The notes beneath the pieces were generated by a model. It ran no database searches and was not told where the DNA came from. It worked only from the letters and a program-made list of their open reading frames with translations. Below are positions 9,166 through 18,272 of a DNA stretch of 64,000 bases, one piece after another. A program made the translations under genes and the position numbers. The first letter of the stretch is position 1; every line of letters begins with the position of its first letter. Source of the stretch: an uncultured Planctomycetaceae bacterium (GTDB lineage Bacteria > Planctomycetota > Planctomycetia > Planctomycetales > Planctomycetaceae); the NCBI GenBank assembly GCA_963815195.1, contig CAWFGE010000012.1, positions 256,001-320,000 of the forward strand. The letters run 5' to 3'.

Positions 9166-11124
9166 TTACATAAAGGAAGCGATTTCCATTGCGGAGAGGC
9201 TTGCCCGCTGCAGGGCGGACTCGGCGAGGTATTGGTCGAGCAGCAGTTCGGTGTCCTGGCGGCCTAAGACGCCGCAGCGGATCAGCGTTTGAGCCAACGA
9301 TTTCGGATCTTCATTTTGCCAGGCGAGGAGTTGCGCGAGCTGGCTTTCGGTCAACAGTCCCAGGCGGACCGCGGCTTCGCCGAAGCGTTCGTCCGTGGCC
9401 AGCTGCTCGTCGAGAATCCGCTGGACCGCCGCGGAGTCGAGGCACCCGTGCTGGCAGCCCAATTCGCCGACGGGCACCGGCTCGGTCCGGGAGTTCAAAA
9501 GCACGCGGGAGGCGGTCGGGATGTCCAGGATCTGGCGATTGACGAGCCAGCGCGAAAACCGCCGCTGCACGATTGACTGGACAAGCCGCCGCTCATCCTC
9601 TTGCATCAGGCAGCGGATCGTCACGCGATTGCGGCCGGCGCGTTTTGATTCGTACATGGCTTCGTCGGCCTCGGCCAACAGCCGCTCGGCCACGTCCTCG
9701 CTGTTGCGGCGGGGAATGATGAGCGCCGCTCCCACGCTGACCGTGATCGGCACGCGGTCGTCGCCGAAGCAAATCCCGTGGTTTTCGACGCGAAAGCGGA
9801 TCCGCTCGGTGACTTTCTCCAGGCCTTTTTCCGTGGGCTGGACGGCGAGGATCACGAACTCTTCCCCGCCGTATCGGGCCAGGACGTCGGCGTTTCGCAT
9901 TTCGTCCTGAAACACCTGCGCCATTTCCTCCAGCACAAAGTCGCCGAACGGATGGCCGTAGTTGTCGTTGATGCGTTTGAAATGATCGACGTCGCAGAAG
10001 ATCACGGCGATGGGGTCGGCCGATCGCCGGCACACGTGGACTTCCCGCGCCAGGGCCTCTTCAAAAAAGTTGCGGTTATAGAGTTTGGTCAAGGGGTCGT
10101 GGAGGACCTGCTTGTGGAGTTGCTTGTTTTCCTCGAGGAGGATCCGGTTTTGCTCCTCGGCGAGCGTTTGCTGATGCCTGGCGACCCGGCCGGCGACGTG
10201 CTCGCGGACGGCCAATTGCGAGAGATGCTCGTTGGCGAGGGCCATCAGCTCCACGGGATCTCCCAAGTCCTCGGCATTGACGGAGAACGCGCCCGCCGCC
10301 TCTTCCATGCGGGATTTCACGTAGTTCAAAAACTGTTCGAGCCGCGCTTCATCCATATCGAACCAGGTCGAAGTCAACAGCCGCATCCGCTCGAGCGCGG
10401 GTCCCTTGTTCGACGCGCAGAAATAATCGCTCACGGCCGAGGCCACGGCGACGACTTTGATCAACTCTTTGCATCCCGTTTCCGTTTGCTTTTGAAGCTC
10501 GTCCAAATTTTGCTCGCGGGCGGCGGCGGCTTGGATCAGCGGCGCCGGGAGCTTCCAGCGCTCCATGAGTTTCGTGCCGATTTCAATCGAATCGAACCCC
10601 AGCCGCTCGCGTTCGACTTCCCACAGGTTCCGCTGGTTGTCTTCGGCTTCGTCCAGAACGGGGGCGTACTCCCGGCCGACGGTTTTCAGCATCGCCAGCC
10701 GGCCCAAGTCGGCAAGCAGCCCCGCCAGAAAGAACTGGTCTTTGACCTGCGTTTGCTCTCCCAACATTTCGCCGGCGACCGCTTGCAGGACGGACTTCAT
10801 CCAGTAGCGTTTGTAATGTTCGGCGAGCGGTCCCGAGGTCATCGCGGCTTCCACGAGGGAAAAGCTCAAGGCGAGCGACGTCACCATCGTCGCCCCCAAC
10901 AAAGGCACCGCGCGGTCGATCGACGTCACCTCGTTCCGAAACGCAAAGTAGGACGAGTTGGTGGATTTCAAAATCTTCGCGCTGATGGCCGGATCGGTCT
11001 TGATCACCTGCGTGATTTTGTGGATCTCCGGGTGCGGCTCCTCAGAGAGTTCCAGCAACTGCACGGCCACGGCGGGAAGCGTCGGCAAATGCGACGAAGA
11101 CCAAATCGTTTTCGGATTGACCAT
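9166..11124 (-). CDS. HDOD + GGDEF diguanylate cyclase with C-terminal MshEN-like repeats
   Basis: LPTLPAVA/DPAISAKILK (HDOD); DPLTKLYNR, DVDHFKRINDNYGH, RNAD I-site, RYGGEEF; RFGEAAVRLGLLTESQLAQLLAWQ. Confidence 0.9.
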   Translation of the reverse strand: MVNPKTIWSSSHLPTLPAVAVQLLELSEEPHPEIHKITQVIKTDPAISAKILKSTNSSYFAFRNEVTSIDRAVPLLGATMVTSLALSFSLVEAAMTSGPLAEHYKRYWMKSVLQAVAGEMLGEQTQVKDQFFLAGLLADLGRLAMLKTVGREYAPVLDEAEDNQRNLWEVERERLGFDSIEIGTKLMERWKLPAPLIQAAAAREQNLDELQKQTETGCKELIKVVAVASAVSDYFCASNKGPALERMRLLTSTWFDMDEARLEQFLNYVKSRMEEAAGAFSVNAEDLGDPVELMALANEHLSQLAVREHVAGRVARHQQTLAEEQNRILLEENKQLHKQVLHDPLTKLYNRNFFEEALAREVHVCRRSADPIAVIFCDVDHFKRINDNYGHPFGDFVLEEMAQVFQDEMRNADVLARYGGEEFVILAVQPTEKGLEKVTERIRFRVENHGICFGDDRVPITVSVGAALIIPRRNSEDVAERLLAEADEAMYESKRAGRNRVTIRCLMQEDERRLVQSIVQRRFSRWLVNRQILDIPTASRVLLNSRTEPVPVGELGCQHGCLDSAAVQRILDEQLATDERFGEAAVRLGLLTESQLAQLLAWQNEDPKSLAQTLIRCGVLGRQDTELLLDQYLAESALQRASLSAMEIASFM

Positions 11125-11371
11125 TAGGGGAACTTTCAGAGAGGGAGAGGCCGCGTACAGGATTCCCGAGGCGAGCGCGATCGCTGGAGGAATGTCGCCT
11201 GTGACAATATAGACCACGTTAAAGCCGGTCCGCGTGCGGATTTCCCGCGAGACGCGGCCCCATTCCGCCGTCAAGAAAACCGCGTGCGCTTTGGAAGGAA
11301 TCTGCGGGTTCTCCCGCTCCGGCGGCGCAATGCCGGCGGCGAATGAATCGCGGGTGGTGGGATCGGAGCGA

Positions 11372-12052
11372 CTAATCCGGCTCGGCGATTTGCCGCAAAT
11401 AGACGGCGAGCTGCATCTCAAGGTGCATCAACCGCTGCCAGGCGTCCCAGGACAACCGCGTGGGCATTTTTTCCGTGGGGCCGGTGGGGTAGTCTTGATC
11501 CTCGCAGGATTCCTGAATGACCTTGCGGATCTGCTCGTGCATAAAGGCCAGCACTTCGGAAACCTGAGCCTTTTGAACCGTCGGCAAATGCACGGGCAAG
11601 CTGGGCGGACCGTCGGGAAACAGATCGTCTTGGAGATCGGCGTGGGAATCGATGTCCGATTCCACGTAGCCCGACTTGCCGATGGTCTGGTCCTTGGCGT
11701 GCGTGGAGGACAACGTATTGCCCGTGCGGTGGTGCTGCCTGTAGGCGTCGGCGATTTGCTCCTGGCTGCCATAAATCAAAAGGCAGCGGCCGATGGTGAG
11801 CTGGTCGCCGTATTGCAGCACGCGCATCTGCACGGGGTGCCCGTTGACCCGCGTGCCGTTGGTGCTGTCCAGGTCGGTGAGGATGACGTGCCCGCCGTCG
11901 GCTTGGATTTTCGCGTGAAACCGGCTGACCCGCTCATCGTTCAGCCGTACGGAATTGTCGTCTTCCCGCCCGATGCTCACCGGCGTGGGCAGATTCTCGT
12001 AGACCTGGCCCCGCTCAAGTCCCTCGATGAGTTGAATGGTGACAGTGGTCAT
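11372..12052 (-). CDS. FHA domain protein
   Basis: IGR, VSRFHA and DLDSTNGTRVNG FHA motifs. Confidence 0.9.
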   Translation of the reverse strand: MTTVTIQLIEGLERGQVYENLPTPVSIGREDDNSVRLNDERVSRFHAKIQADGGHVILTDLDSTNGTRVNGHPVQMRVLQYGDQLTIGRCLLIYGSQEQIADAYRQHHRTGNTLSSTHAKDQTIGKSGYVESDIDSHADLQDDLFPDGPPSLPVHLPTVQKAQVSEVLAFMHEQIRKVIQESCEDQDYPTGPTEKMPTRLSWDAWQRLMHLEMQLAVYLRQIAEPD

Positions 12053-12213
12053 CGGCAGTCCAATGGGGGCGGAGATTGCGGCAAAGATTGGGAGAAAAAG
12101 GCGTGGCCCAGCTTTCTTTGTAGCATGCCGCGACCCTAATCGTCAAGAACTTGTTGATGGATGCGGAGTTGGGAACAGAAGGAAACGGAGGCGACAAAGG
12201 TTGTCCTTTAATG

Positions 12214-12582
12214 TTAACCGGCGCTCGGCAGCATGTCTTTCAGATTGTCCGGCCGGGGGAGTTCGAGTTCGAGAATCGCCAGACCCAGCGTTTTGCCTTG
12301 GCTGTCGATCCGGAGCGACCCGCTCGCACCGCCGGCGAGGACGTCGCGGAGCAAGAAGTTGTAGGCCCCAATGCCCGAAAGCGCAAACCGCTCCACCGAT
12401 TTCGGGCGCAAGGGCAGAAAGAACTCCGCCACGCGAACTTCCGTCAGCACCCGGCCGAGGTATTCAAACCCGGCCTCTGTGTAAGCGATCACGCCCACGT
12501 TGGCGTGGTTGCCTTTGTCGCCCGAACGGGCGTGGGCGATGTCTTTCAAGCGAATGCGGGCCGGGAATGTGGGATCGGTCAT
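12214..12582 (-). CDS. AtuA C-terminal-like (ferredoxin-fold) small protein
   Basis: IAHARSGDKGNHANVGVIA...LRIDSQGK; ATGA overlap with the upstream AtuA-family stop. Confidence 0.85.
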   Translation of the reverse strand: MTDPTFPARIRLKDIAHARSGDKGNHANVGVIAYTEAGFEYLGRVLTEVRVAEFFLPLRPKSVERFALSGIGAYNFLLRDVLAGGASGSLRIDSQGKTLGLAILELELPRPDNLKDMLPSAG

Positions 12583-13961
12583 GCCTGCCACTCCTTTGCG
12601 GATTGCACTTGGACGGTCGGGGCGACGCGGTCGCGGGCGATGCTCGTCGGCCAGAACGCGAGCACCGGGAAAGGCTTCGCGCGGGGTCCGGTATAACCCG
12701 TGACGCCCGGCGGTCCCGAGGTGACCAGAGGCGCGATGTCCCGCACCATGCGATCCAATGTTTCCCGCTTCGGATCGCGCGGAAATCCGCAGCACGACTT
12801 CGCCGGGACCAAACGCGTCGTCGGTTGTTCGCGGCCAAATGCCGGGAAGCGAATCGCCCGCTCCGAGGACTTCGTATTGGAATTGTGCCGGCGAGCAACC
12901 GGCCGATTGCAGCCGATCGAAAATCATCTCGCCAGAGGCTCTGGCTTTTCGCTCCGCGTGTCGTCCGCAGATCACCAGCATTGCGGCGACCGCATAGCCG
13001 TCGCGATACGCCAGGGAAACTTTGAACCGCTCTGGGGCCGATCGGCCCTTGGCTCCTTCCACCGTCACGCGATCCTGCTCCGACGGCGTCAAGCGGACGT
13101 TGGAAAAATTCGCGTCCACGTCGGGCGTCAGATAATGCTCCGGATCGCCGATCTCGTAGATCAATTGTTCGGAAAGCGTGCGGGTGCTCACCTCGCCATC
13201 GCTGCCGGGCGGTTTGGTGATCGCTACCTCGCCGGCTTCGCTGAGTTCCGCGATCGGATAGCCCACATTGGCGAGCGGCAGGTTGTCCGACCAATCCGAA
13301 AACATCCCGCCCGTGGCTTGGGCGCCGCATTCGATCAAATGCCCCGCCACGGTCGCCGCCGCCAATCGGTCCCAATCGTCCCAGGCCCAACCGAACTCCG
13401 CGACGGCCGGCCCCACGGTCAGCGAAGCATCGGCACACCGGCCCGTGATGACGATGCGGGCGTCTTGATTTAAGGCCTCCACAATTCCCGCCGCCCCCAG
13501 GTAAGCGTTGACGCTGACCATCTTCTCCGCACGCACGCCCAACGCTTCGCCGGTTTCGATGTGGGCAAACTCTTCGCCCCCGGCGGTCAATTCGCCAAAC
13601 CGCGAGAGCAAATCATCTCCCGTGACCATGCCGATGCGGACATCCGGCAAGCCGTTTTCGCTCAGAATCCGCGCGGCTTCTTTCGCGCAACGGGGAATAT
13701 TCATCCCGCCGGCGTTGGTGACGATTTTGAGCCGGGGCTGCGCCAGAGCGCGGGCATCAAGCTTTCGAGCGCGACGGGAAAATCCGTCACGAACCCGGCC
13801 TTTGGATCGCGGGACCGCTGATGGGCCAGGACGGAAAGCGTCAATTCCGCGAGGTATTCGAGCGTGAGATAATCCACCTCCGCCGCTTCCACGGTCCGCC
13901 GCGGCGCTTCGAGCCAATCCCCCCAAAACCCGGCCCCGTTCGCAATTCGAATCGTTGGCAT
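12579..13961 (-). CDS. Acyclic terpene utilization AtuA family protein (DUF1446); frameshifts near 13750 and 12780
   Basis: IRIANGAGFWGD, YLTLEYLAE, NAGG, NAYLG, ITGRCADA, GHLIECGAQATGG, EQLIYEI. Confidence 0.85.
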
Positions 13962-14042
13962 TTTGCTCTTTCCCAAAACCGAAGTCGCCCTTCTCTTCTC
14001 CGCCGCTGCCGTCTAAAGTACGATTTGCAGGACCGGCTGTCC

Positions 14043-14159
14043 ATGAGTGTGCCACTGGCCTTCACCATTTCGTATCCGAAACCTGATCGATTTCTGGAGG
14101 CACTCGCCCGAAAGGCATTGTCACACTTTAAGCACTGGCAAAGCCAGTGGCACACCATG
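14043..14159. repeat. REPIN-like inverted repeat
   Basis: gtgtgccactggc (14047-14059) and gccagtggcacac (14143-14155) are perfect inverses; internal cactggc-aaa-gccagtg hairpin. Confidence 0.65.
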
Positions 14160-14233
14160 CGTTTCCTACTTTTTTGAAACACACCGCAACCGGTCCATAT
14201 CGCCCCCCCAACCCCTGGCCCCTGACCTGTTTT

Positions 14234-15091
14234 ATGACCTCCTCCCGGTTTTCCGCCGATTATTCTTCGTTGCCCTTCGAAGCGTCTTCCTCGATTGAAA
14301 TCCCCGACGGGTTTTCGATGGAAGAGGTCGAGCAGTTTTCGCGCGAAGGCTATGTGATCGCCCGGAATATCGCGGACGAAACCCTGCGGCTGGAAATGCA
14401 GCGGGTCACCCTCGAAGGCTTGGGCCGGGAGATCGGGCCGCTCGAATACGAAGCCGACTTGCATTACCCCGGGGCGCCGGAGTCCCGCGACATGCCCGGC
14501 GGCCGGACGGTTCGCCGGCTGAAAAACGCCCTCGGCCGGCATCCGGCGTTCTGTGAATGGCTCGCGCAGCCTTCGCTCGTCAATCGGCTCCGGCAGCTGT
14601 TGGGGCCGGAGTTGGTGATCCCGCTCGCCCATCACAACTGCATCATGACGAAACAGCCCGAGTTCAGCAGCGACACGGGCTGGCATCAGGACATCCGCTA
14701 CTGGTCCTTCACCCGGCCGGAGTTGGTCAGCGTCTGGCTGGCATTGGGGCCTGAAACGAAACAGAACGGCTGTTTGCGTCTCATCCCCGGCACCCATCGG
14801 ATGACCTTTGAACGCCATCGCTTTGACGACGATCTTTTTCTGCGGGAGGGCGTCGCGGAGAACGTTCCGCTGATCGAATCGCAAATCCCGGCGGAGTTGG
14901 AGCCGGGGGATGTGCTGTTCTTTCACTGCCGAACCTTCCACGCCGCCAGCCGGAACTACACGCCGGACCCCAAGTTTTCCGTCGTGTTCACGGTGCGGCC
15001 GGCGGACAATCCGCCCTTGCCGGGCACGCGGTCGGCGTCGATGCCGGAGTTATTGATCTCCTCCTTCACCGGCCGCGAAATTTCGCCGTGA
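14234..15091 (+). CDS. Phytanoyl-CoA dioxygenase (PhyH) family Fe(II)/2OG oxygenase
   Basis: WHQD, VWLAL, NGCLRLIPGTH, PGDVLFFH..TFH; start codon uncertain. Confidence 0.9.
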   Translation: MTSSRFSADYSSLPFEASSSIEIPDGFSMEEVEQFSREGYVIARNIADETLRLEMQRVTLEGLGREIGPLEYEADLHYPGAPESRDMPGGRTVRRLKNALGRHPAFCEWLAQPSLVNRLRQLLGPELVIPLAHHNCIMTKQPEFSSDTGWHQDIRYWSFTRPELVSVWLALGPETKQNGCLRLIPGTHRMTFERHRFDDDLFLREGVAENVPLIESQIPAELEPGDVLFFHCRTFHAASRNYTPDPKFSVVFTVRPADNPPLPGTRSASMPELLISSFTGREISP

Positions 15092-15132
15092 TCGCTCTCC
15101 AGGGCAAGATGCCGCCGCTACGAAAGACGCAG

Positions 15133-15745
15133 TCAGCGTTCGTAGGTGCCGACGAGTTCTCCCTCGGCGAGGATGTGGCCGTTCATGGCTGCGCGAAGCT
15201 GCTGTTTCGTGAGGCCAGGTTCGAGATCGAGCGCTTCGTTGAGCGCATAGATCTTGAAGTGGTAATGGTGGACCCCGTGCCCCTTGGGAGGCGCGGGGCC
15301 GCCGAAGCCCGTCTTTTTGAAATCGTTCACGCCCTGCACCGCGTGGATAGGTTCGGAAAGCGTCTTGGCGTGCGGGAGATCCTGCGGAAGACCCTCCAGC
15401 TCGCCGGGCAATCCATAGATCACCCAATGCACCCACGGCTCGTCGCGCGGGGCGTCGGGGTCGTCCACAATCAGCGCCAACTGTTTGGTTCCCTCGGGCA
15501 CGTTCGCCCAATGGAGCGGGGGCGAGATGTCGTCCCCGTCGGCGGTGAATTTTGGGGATTTTCTTCTGCGGCCCAAACGCGGGGCTTGTGACTTGGATGG
15601 TCATCGGAACCTCCTTTTGGCTCTCCTGGGTTGCGGGCGATTTGGTGTCCGCGGGATCGGAATTCCCGCAGCCCGCCGCACTGCAAAGGATCAACACGGC
15701 CAACCCCCACGCCGGCCGGCTTGAACGAATACCACGACTCTTCAT
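15133..15745 (-). CDS. YbhB/YbcL (PEBP) family protein with lipoprotein-type signal; frameshift near 15553
   Basis: LILCSAAGC signal; SPPLHW, DDPDAP, WVHW, GPAPPKGHGVHHYHF. Confidence 0.88.
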
Positions 15746-15854
15746 GCGATCGATCCTCCTGACGGAACGTCCCCGACGAATTGGCTGCCACGCTCCAAAG
15801 TTCAGCAAAGCGCGCACCACCCAAAACTTGCTTCGGAGACGCACCCGCGGGTGA

Positions 15855-16391
15855 TCAGAGGTTGGGCGCGGGCGGGAAGTCGAGTTTCGTACCGTTGACA
15901 TGGTTGAACAGATTGGAATAAGTCGCCAGACCGATATACGCGATGGCCTCGGCGATCTGGCCGTCGGTGTAGCCCGCATCGCGGACGGCGGCGATTTCGG
16001 AATCGTCCACGAATCCGTGCGTCTCGATCACGCGCGTCACGAATTTGAGCAAGGCCTGGTGCTTTTCGGACTGGGCTTCAAACCGGCGGATGCTCAAGAT
16101 TTCGTCATCGCTCAGCCCGGCTTTCTTGGCGAGCAGCGTGTGCGCCGAAACGCAGTATTGGCAGTTGTTCCCCTGGCTCACACCGAGGTAGACGACTTCG
16201 CGGTCTTGCGGCGAGAGCTCGCCGTGGCCGAGCGCTCCGGACATGGACAGATACGCTTTCAACGCCGCCGGGCTGTTTCCCATGCCCTGGAAGATGTTGA
16301 TCACCTTGCCCATCTTTTTCGTCAAGTCGTCGTAGATTTCCTTGACCTGTCCGGTGGCGTCTTCGGGTTTGACGACATTCAATCGGGGCAT
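15855..16391 (-). CDS. AhpD/carboxymuconolactone decarboxylase family protein
   Basis: NNCQYCVSAH CxxC motif; GAGGAG RBS before ATG 16391. Confidence 0.9.
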   Translation of the reverse strand: MPRLNVVKPEDATGQVKEIYDDLTKKMGKVINIFQGMGNSPAALKAYLSMSGALGHGELSPQDREVVYLGVSQGNNCQYCVSAHTLLAKKAGLSDDEILSIRRFEAQSEKHQALLKFVTRVIETHGFVDDSEIAAVRDAGYTDGQIAEAIAYIGLATYSNLFNHVNGTKLDFPPAPNL

Positions 16392-16501
16392 GTTCGGCTC
16401 CTCAGCGGTTTGAGAGTTCATGGGGACACAACAGCCCGTATCCTATCCCGACAAGACGCAAGAGTTCAATAAAGGCGCATTGCACAAACGCAGGTGGGAC
16501 T

Positions 16502-16540
16502 TGGGTGGCACGCCCTTCGTTCCTCAGGGCGTGCCACCCA
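16502..16540. repeat. REP-like hairpin (GGGTGGC family)
   Basis: tgggtggcacgccct-loop-agggcgtgccaccca, 15-bp perfect stem; related copy at 61770-61803. Confidence 0.7.
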
Positions 16541-16616
16541 AGTCCGTACCGACTTCTGTGAAACACACACTCGTTGAGTTTGTGACCGACGTCCGCTGAC
16601 TTCGTGCGCGCGGCTC

Positions 16617-18272
16617 TCACGGGAACAGGCCGCGGGCGAGTTTGGCGGCGGCGACGCGTTCGATGCCTTCGATCATCGCGGCCGTGCGCATGTCGATCTT
16701 TTCCTCCTGGGCGCGGTTGAACGTGCGGTTGAACCCATCGGTAAGAATGTGCCGCAGCCGTTCGTTGACTTCGCTCAAGGTCCACATGTAGTTCTGGATG
16801 TCCTGGACCCATTCGAAATACGACACCGTCACCCCGCCCGCGTTGGCGAGGATGTCCGGCAGGATGAACACGCCTTTGCGGTTGAGCACTTCGTCGGCTT
16901 CCAGAGTCGTCGGGCCGTTGGCGCCTTCGGCGAGGATCTTGCAGTCGATGCGGTCCACGTTCTCCGCGGTGATCTGGCTTTGCAGGGCCGCGGGCACGAG
17001 CACATCGCAGGAGAGTTCCAGAAGCTCCGCGTTGGTGATCGCTTCGCCGTGGGGGCAGCCTTCGAGGAAGCGGTGCTCGCGGACATACTCCCGAAGCAGC
17101 GACACCGAAAGGCCCTTGGGGTTAAAGAGCCCGGTGGTCGCATCGCTGACGCCGATGATCCGCACGCCGTTTTCTTCAAGGAACTGGGCCACGTGGCTGC
17201 CGACGTTCCCGAAGCCTTGAATGACGGCCGTCGATTGGTTGAGGTTGATTTTCTCATGGCGGGCGGCTTCTTCGATGAGATACACCACGCCGCGCCCGGT
17301 GGCGGCTTCGCGGCCTTGGGCGCCGCCGAGGACCAAGGGTTTGCCCGTGACGACCGCCGGGACCGCGTAGCCGACCTGCTCGCTGTAGGTGTCCATGATC
17401 CAGGCCATCACGCGTTCGTTGGTGCCCATGTCCGGGGCGGGGATGTCTTTGTCCGGGCCGATCATCGTGCCGATCTCGGAAGCGAACCGGCGGGTGAGCC
17501 GCTGGAGTTCGTGGCTGGTGAGTCCGGTGGGATCGATCCGCACGCCGCCCTTCGCTCCGCCGAACGGGAGGTGCATCAGGGCGCACTTCCAGGTCATCCA
17601 CATGGCGAGCGCGGAGACTTCGCCCAGGCTCACGTCCTGGTGATAGCGGATCCCGCCTTTGGTCGGCCCCATCGTGAGCAGGTGCTGCACGCGGTAGCCG
17701 AAGACGGTCTCGACTTCCATGTATTTGTCCCGCCGGAAGGGAAACGCGGTGACCAGGGTCCGCTGCGGAAACAACAGCCGCTGGCGGATGTTGTCATCGA
17801 GTCCCATGAGCTGGGCCGCCTTGAGGAACTGCCGCTGCGCGAGGCGGAACATCGGCGAGTCCCACTCGGCGTCGCGGACGCGGGTGCGTTCCAAGGCGTA
17901 GCGGAGCGAACGGGCGAGCACCGAGGCGTTGAGCTGCGTCTTGACGAGGTAATCCTGGGCACCGGCTTCCACCGCCCGCGCGGCGAGCTTGATGTCATCG
18001 ACGCCGGTGACGATCACCACCGGCAAATGCGGCATATGGGCGCGGACGCGGATAAACGTTTCCAGGTCCTGGCTGTCGGGCAGCGTGAGATCCAAGAGCA
18101 CCAGCTCAATATCCCCCCGGTCCAGTCGCGAGAGGCCTTCGGACAACTGCCCGGCGGTTTGCAAATCAAACGCGGGCGCCCGCGAGCTGGCGAGCAGGTT
18201 GTCGATCAGCTTGACGTGGATGGGATTGTCTTCGATCAATAGCACGCGGATGTGCGTTGAGGCATCGTTCAT
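16617..18272 (-). CDS. Receiver (REC) domain fused to glutamate dehydrogenase (Glu/Leu/Phe/Val DH family), 551 aa
   Basis: REC: LLIEDN, LLDLTLPD, IVTG, DYLVK. GDH: GPTKGGIRY, MTWKCA, GGAKGG, DIPAPD, GREAATG, IQGFGNVG, NAGGVTVSYFEW. One continuous frame. Confidence 0.93.
   Translation of the reverse strand: MNDASTHIRVLLIEDNPIHVKLIDNLLASSRAPAFDLQTAGQLSEGLSRLDRGDIELVLLDLTLPDSQDLETFIRVRAHMPHLPVVIVTGVDDIKLAARAVEAGAQDYLVKTQLNASVLARSLRYALERTRVRDAEWDSPMFRLAQRQFLKAAQLMGLDDNIRQRLLFPQRTLVTAFPFRRDKYMEVETVFGYRVQHLLTMGPTKGGIRYHQDVSLGEVSALAMWMTWKCALMHLPFGGAKGGVRIDPTGLTSHELQRLTRRFASEIGTMIGPDKDIPAPDMGTNERVMAWIMDTYSEQVGYAVPAVVTGKPLVLGGAQGREAATGRGVVYLIEEAARHEKINLNQSTAVIQGFGNVGSHVAQFLEENGVRIIGVSDATTGLFNPKGLSVSLLREYVREHRFLEGCPHGEAITNAELLELSCDVLVPAALQSQITAENVDRIDCKILAEGANGPTTLEADEVLNRKGVFILPDILANAGGVTVSYFEWVQDIQNYMWTLSEVNERLRHILTDGFNRTFNRAQEEKIDMRTAAMIEGIERVAAAKLARGLFP

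Noticed and set aside
12214..14055. Single 613-aa AtuA fusion as in the ORF track
   Set aside because: Produced by frameshifts; the ATGA overlap at 12579-12582 shows two genes
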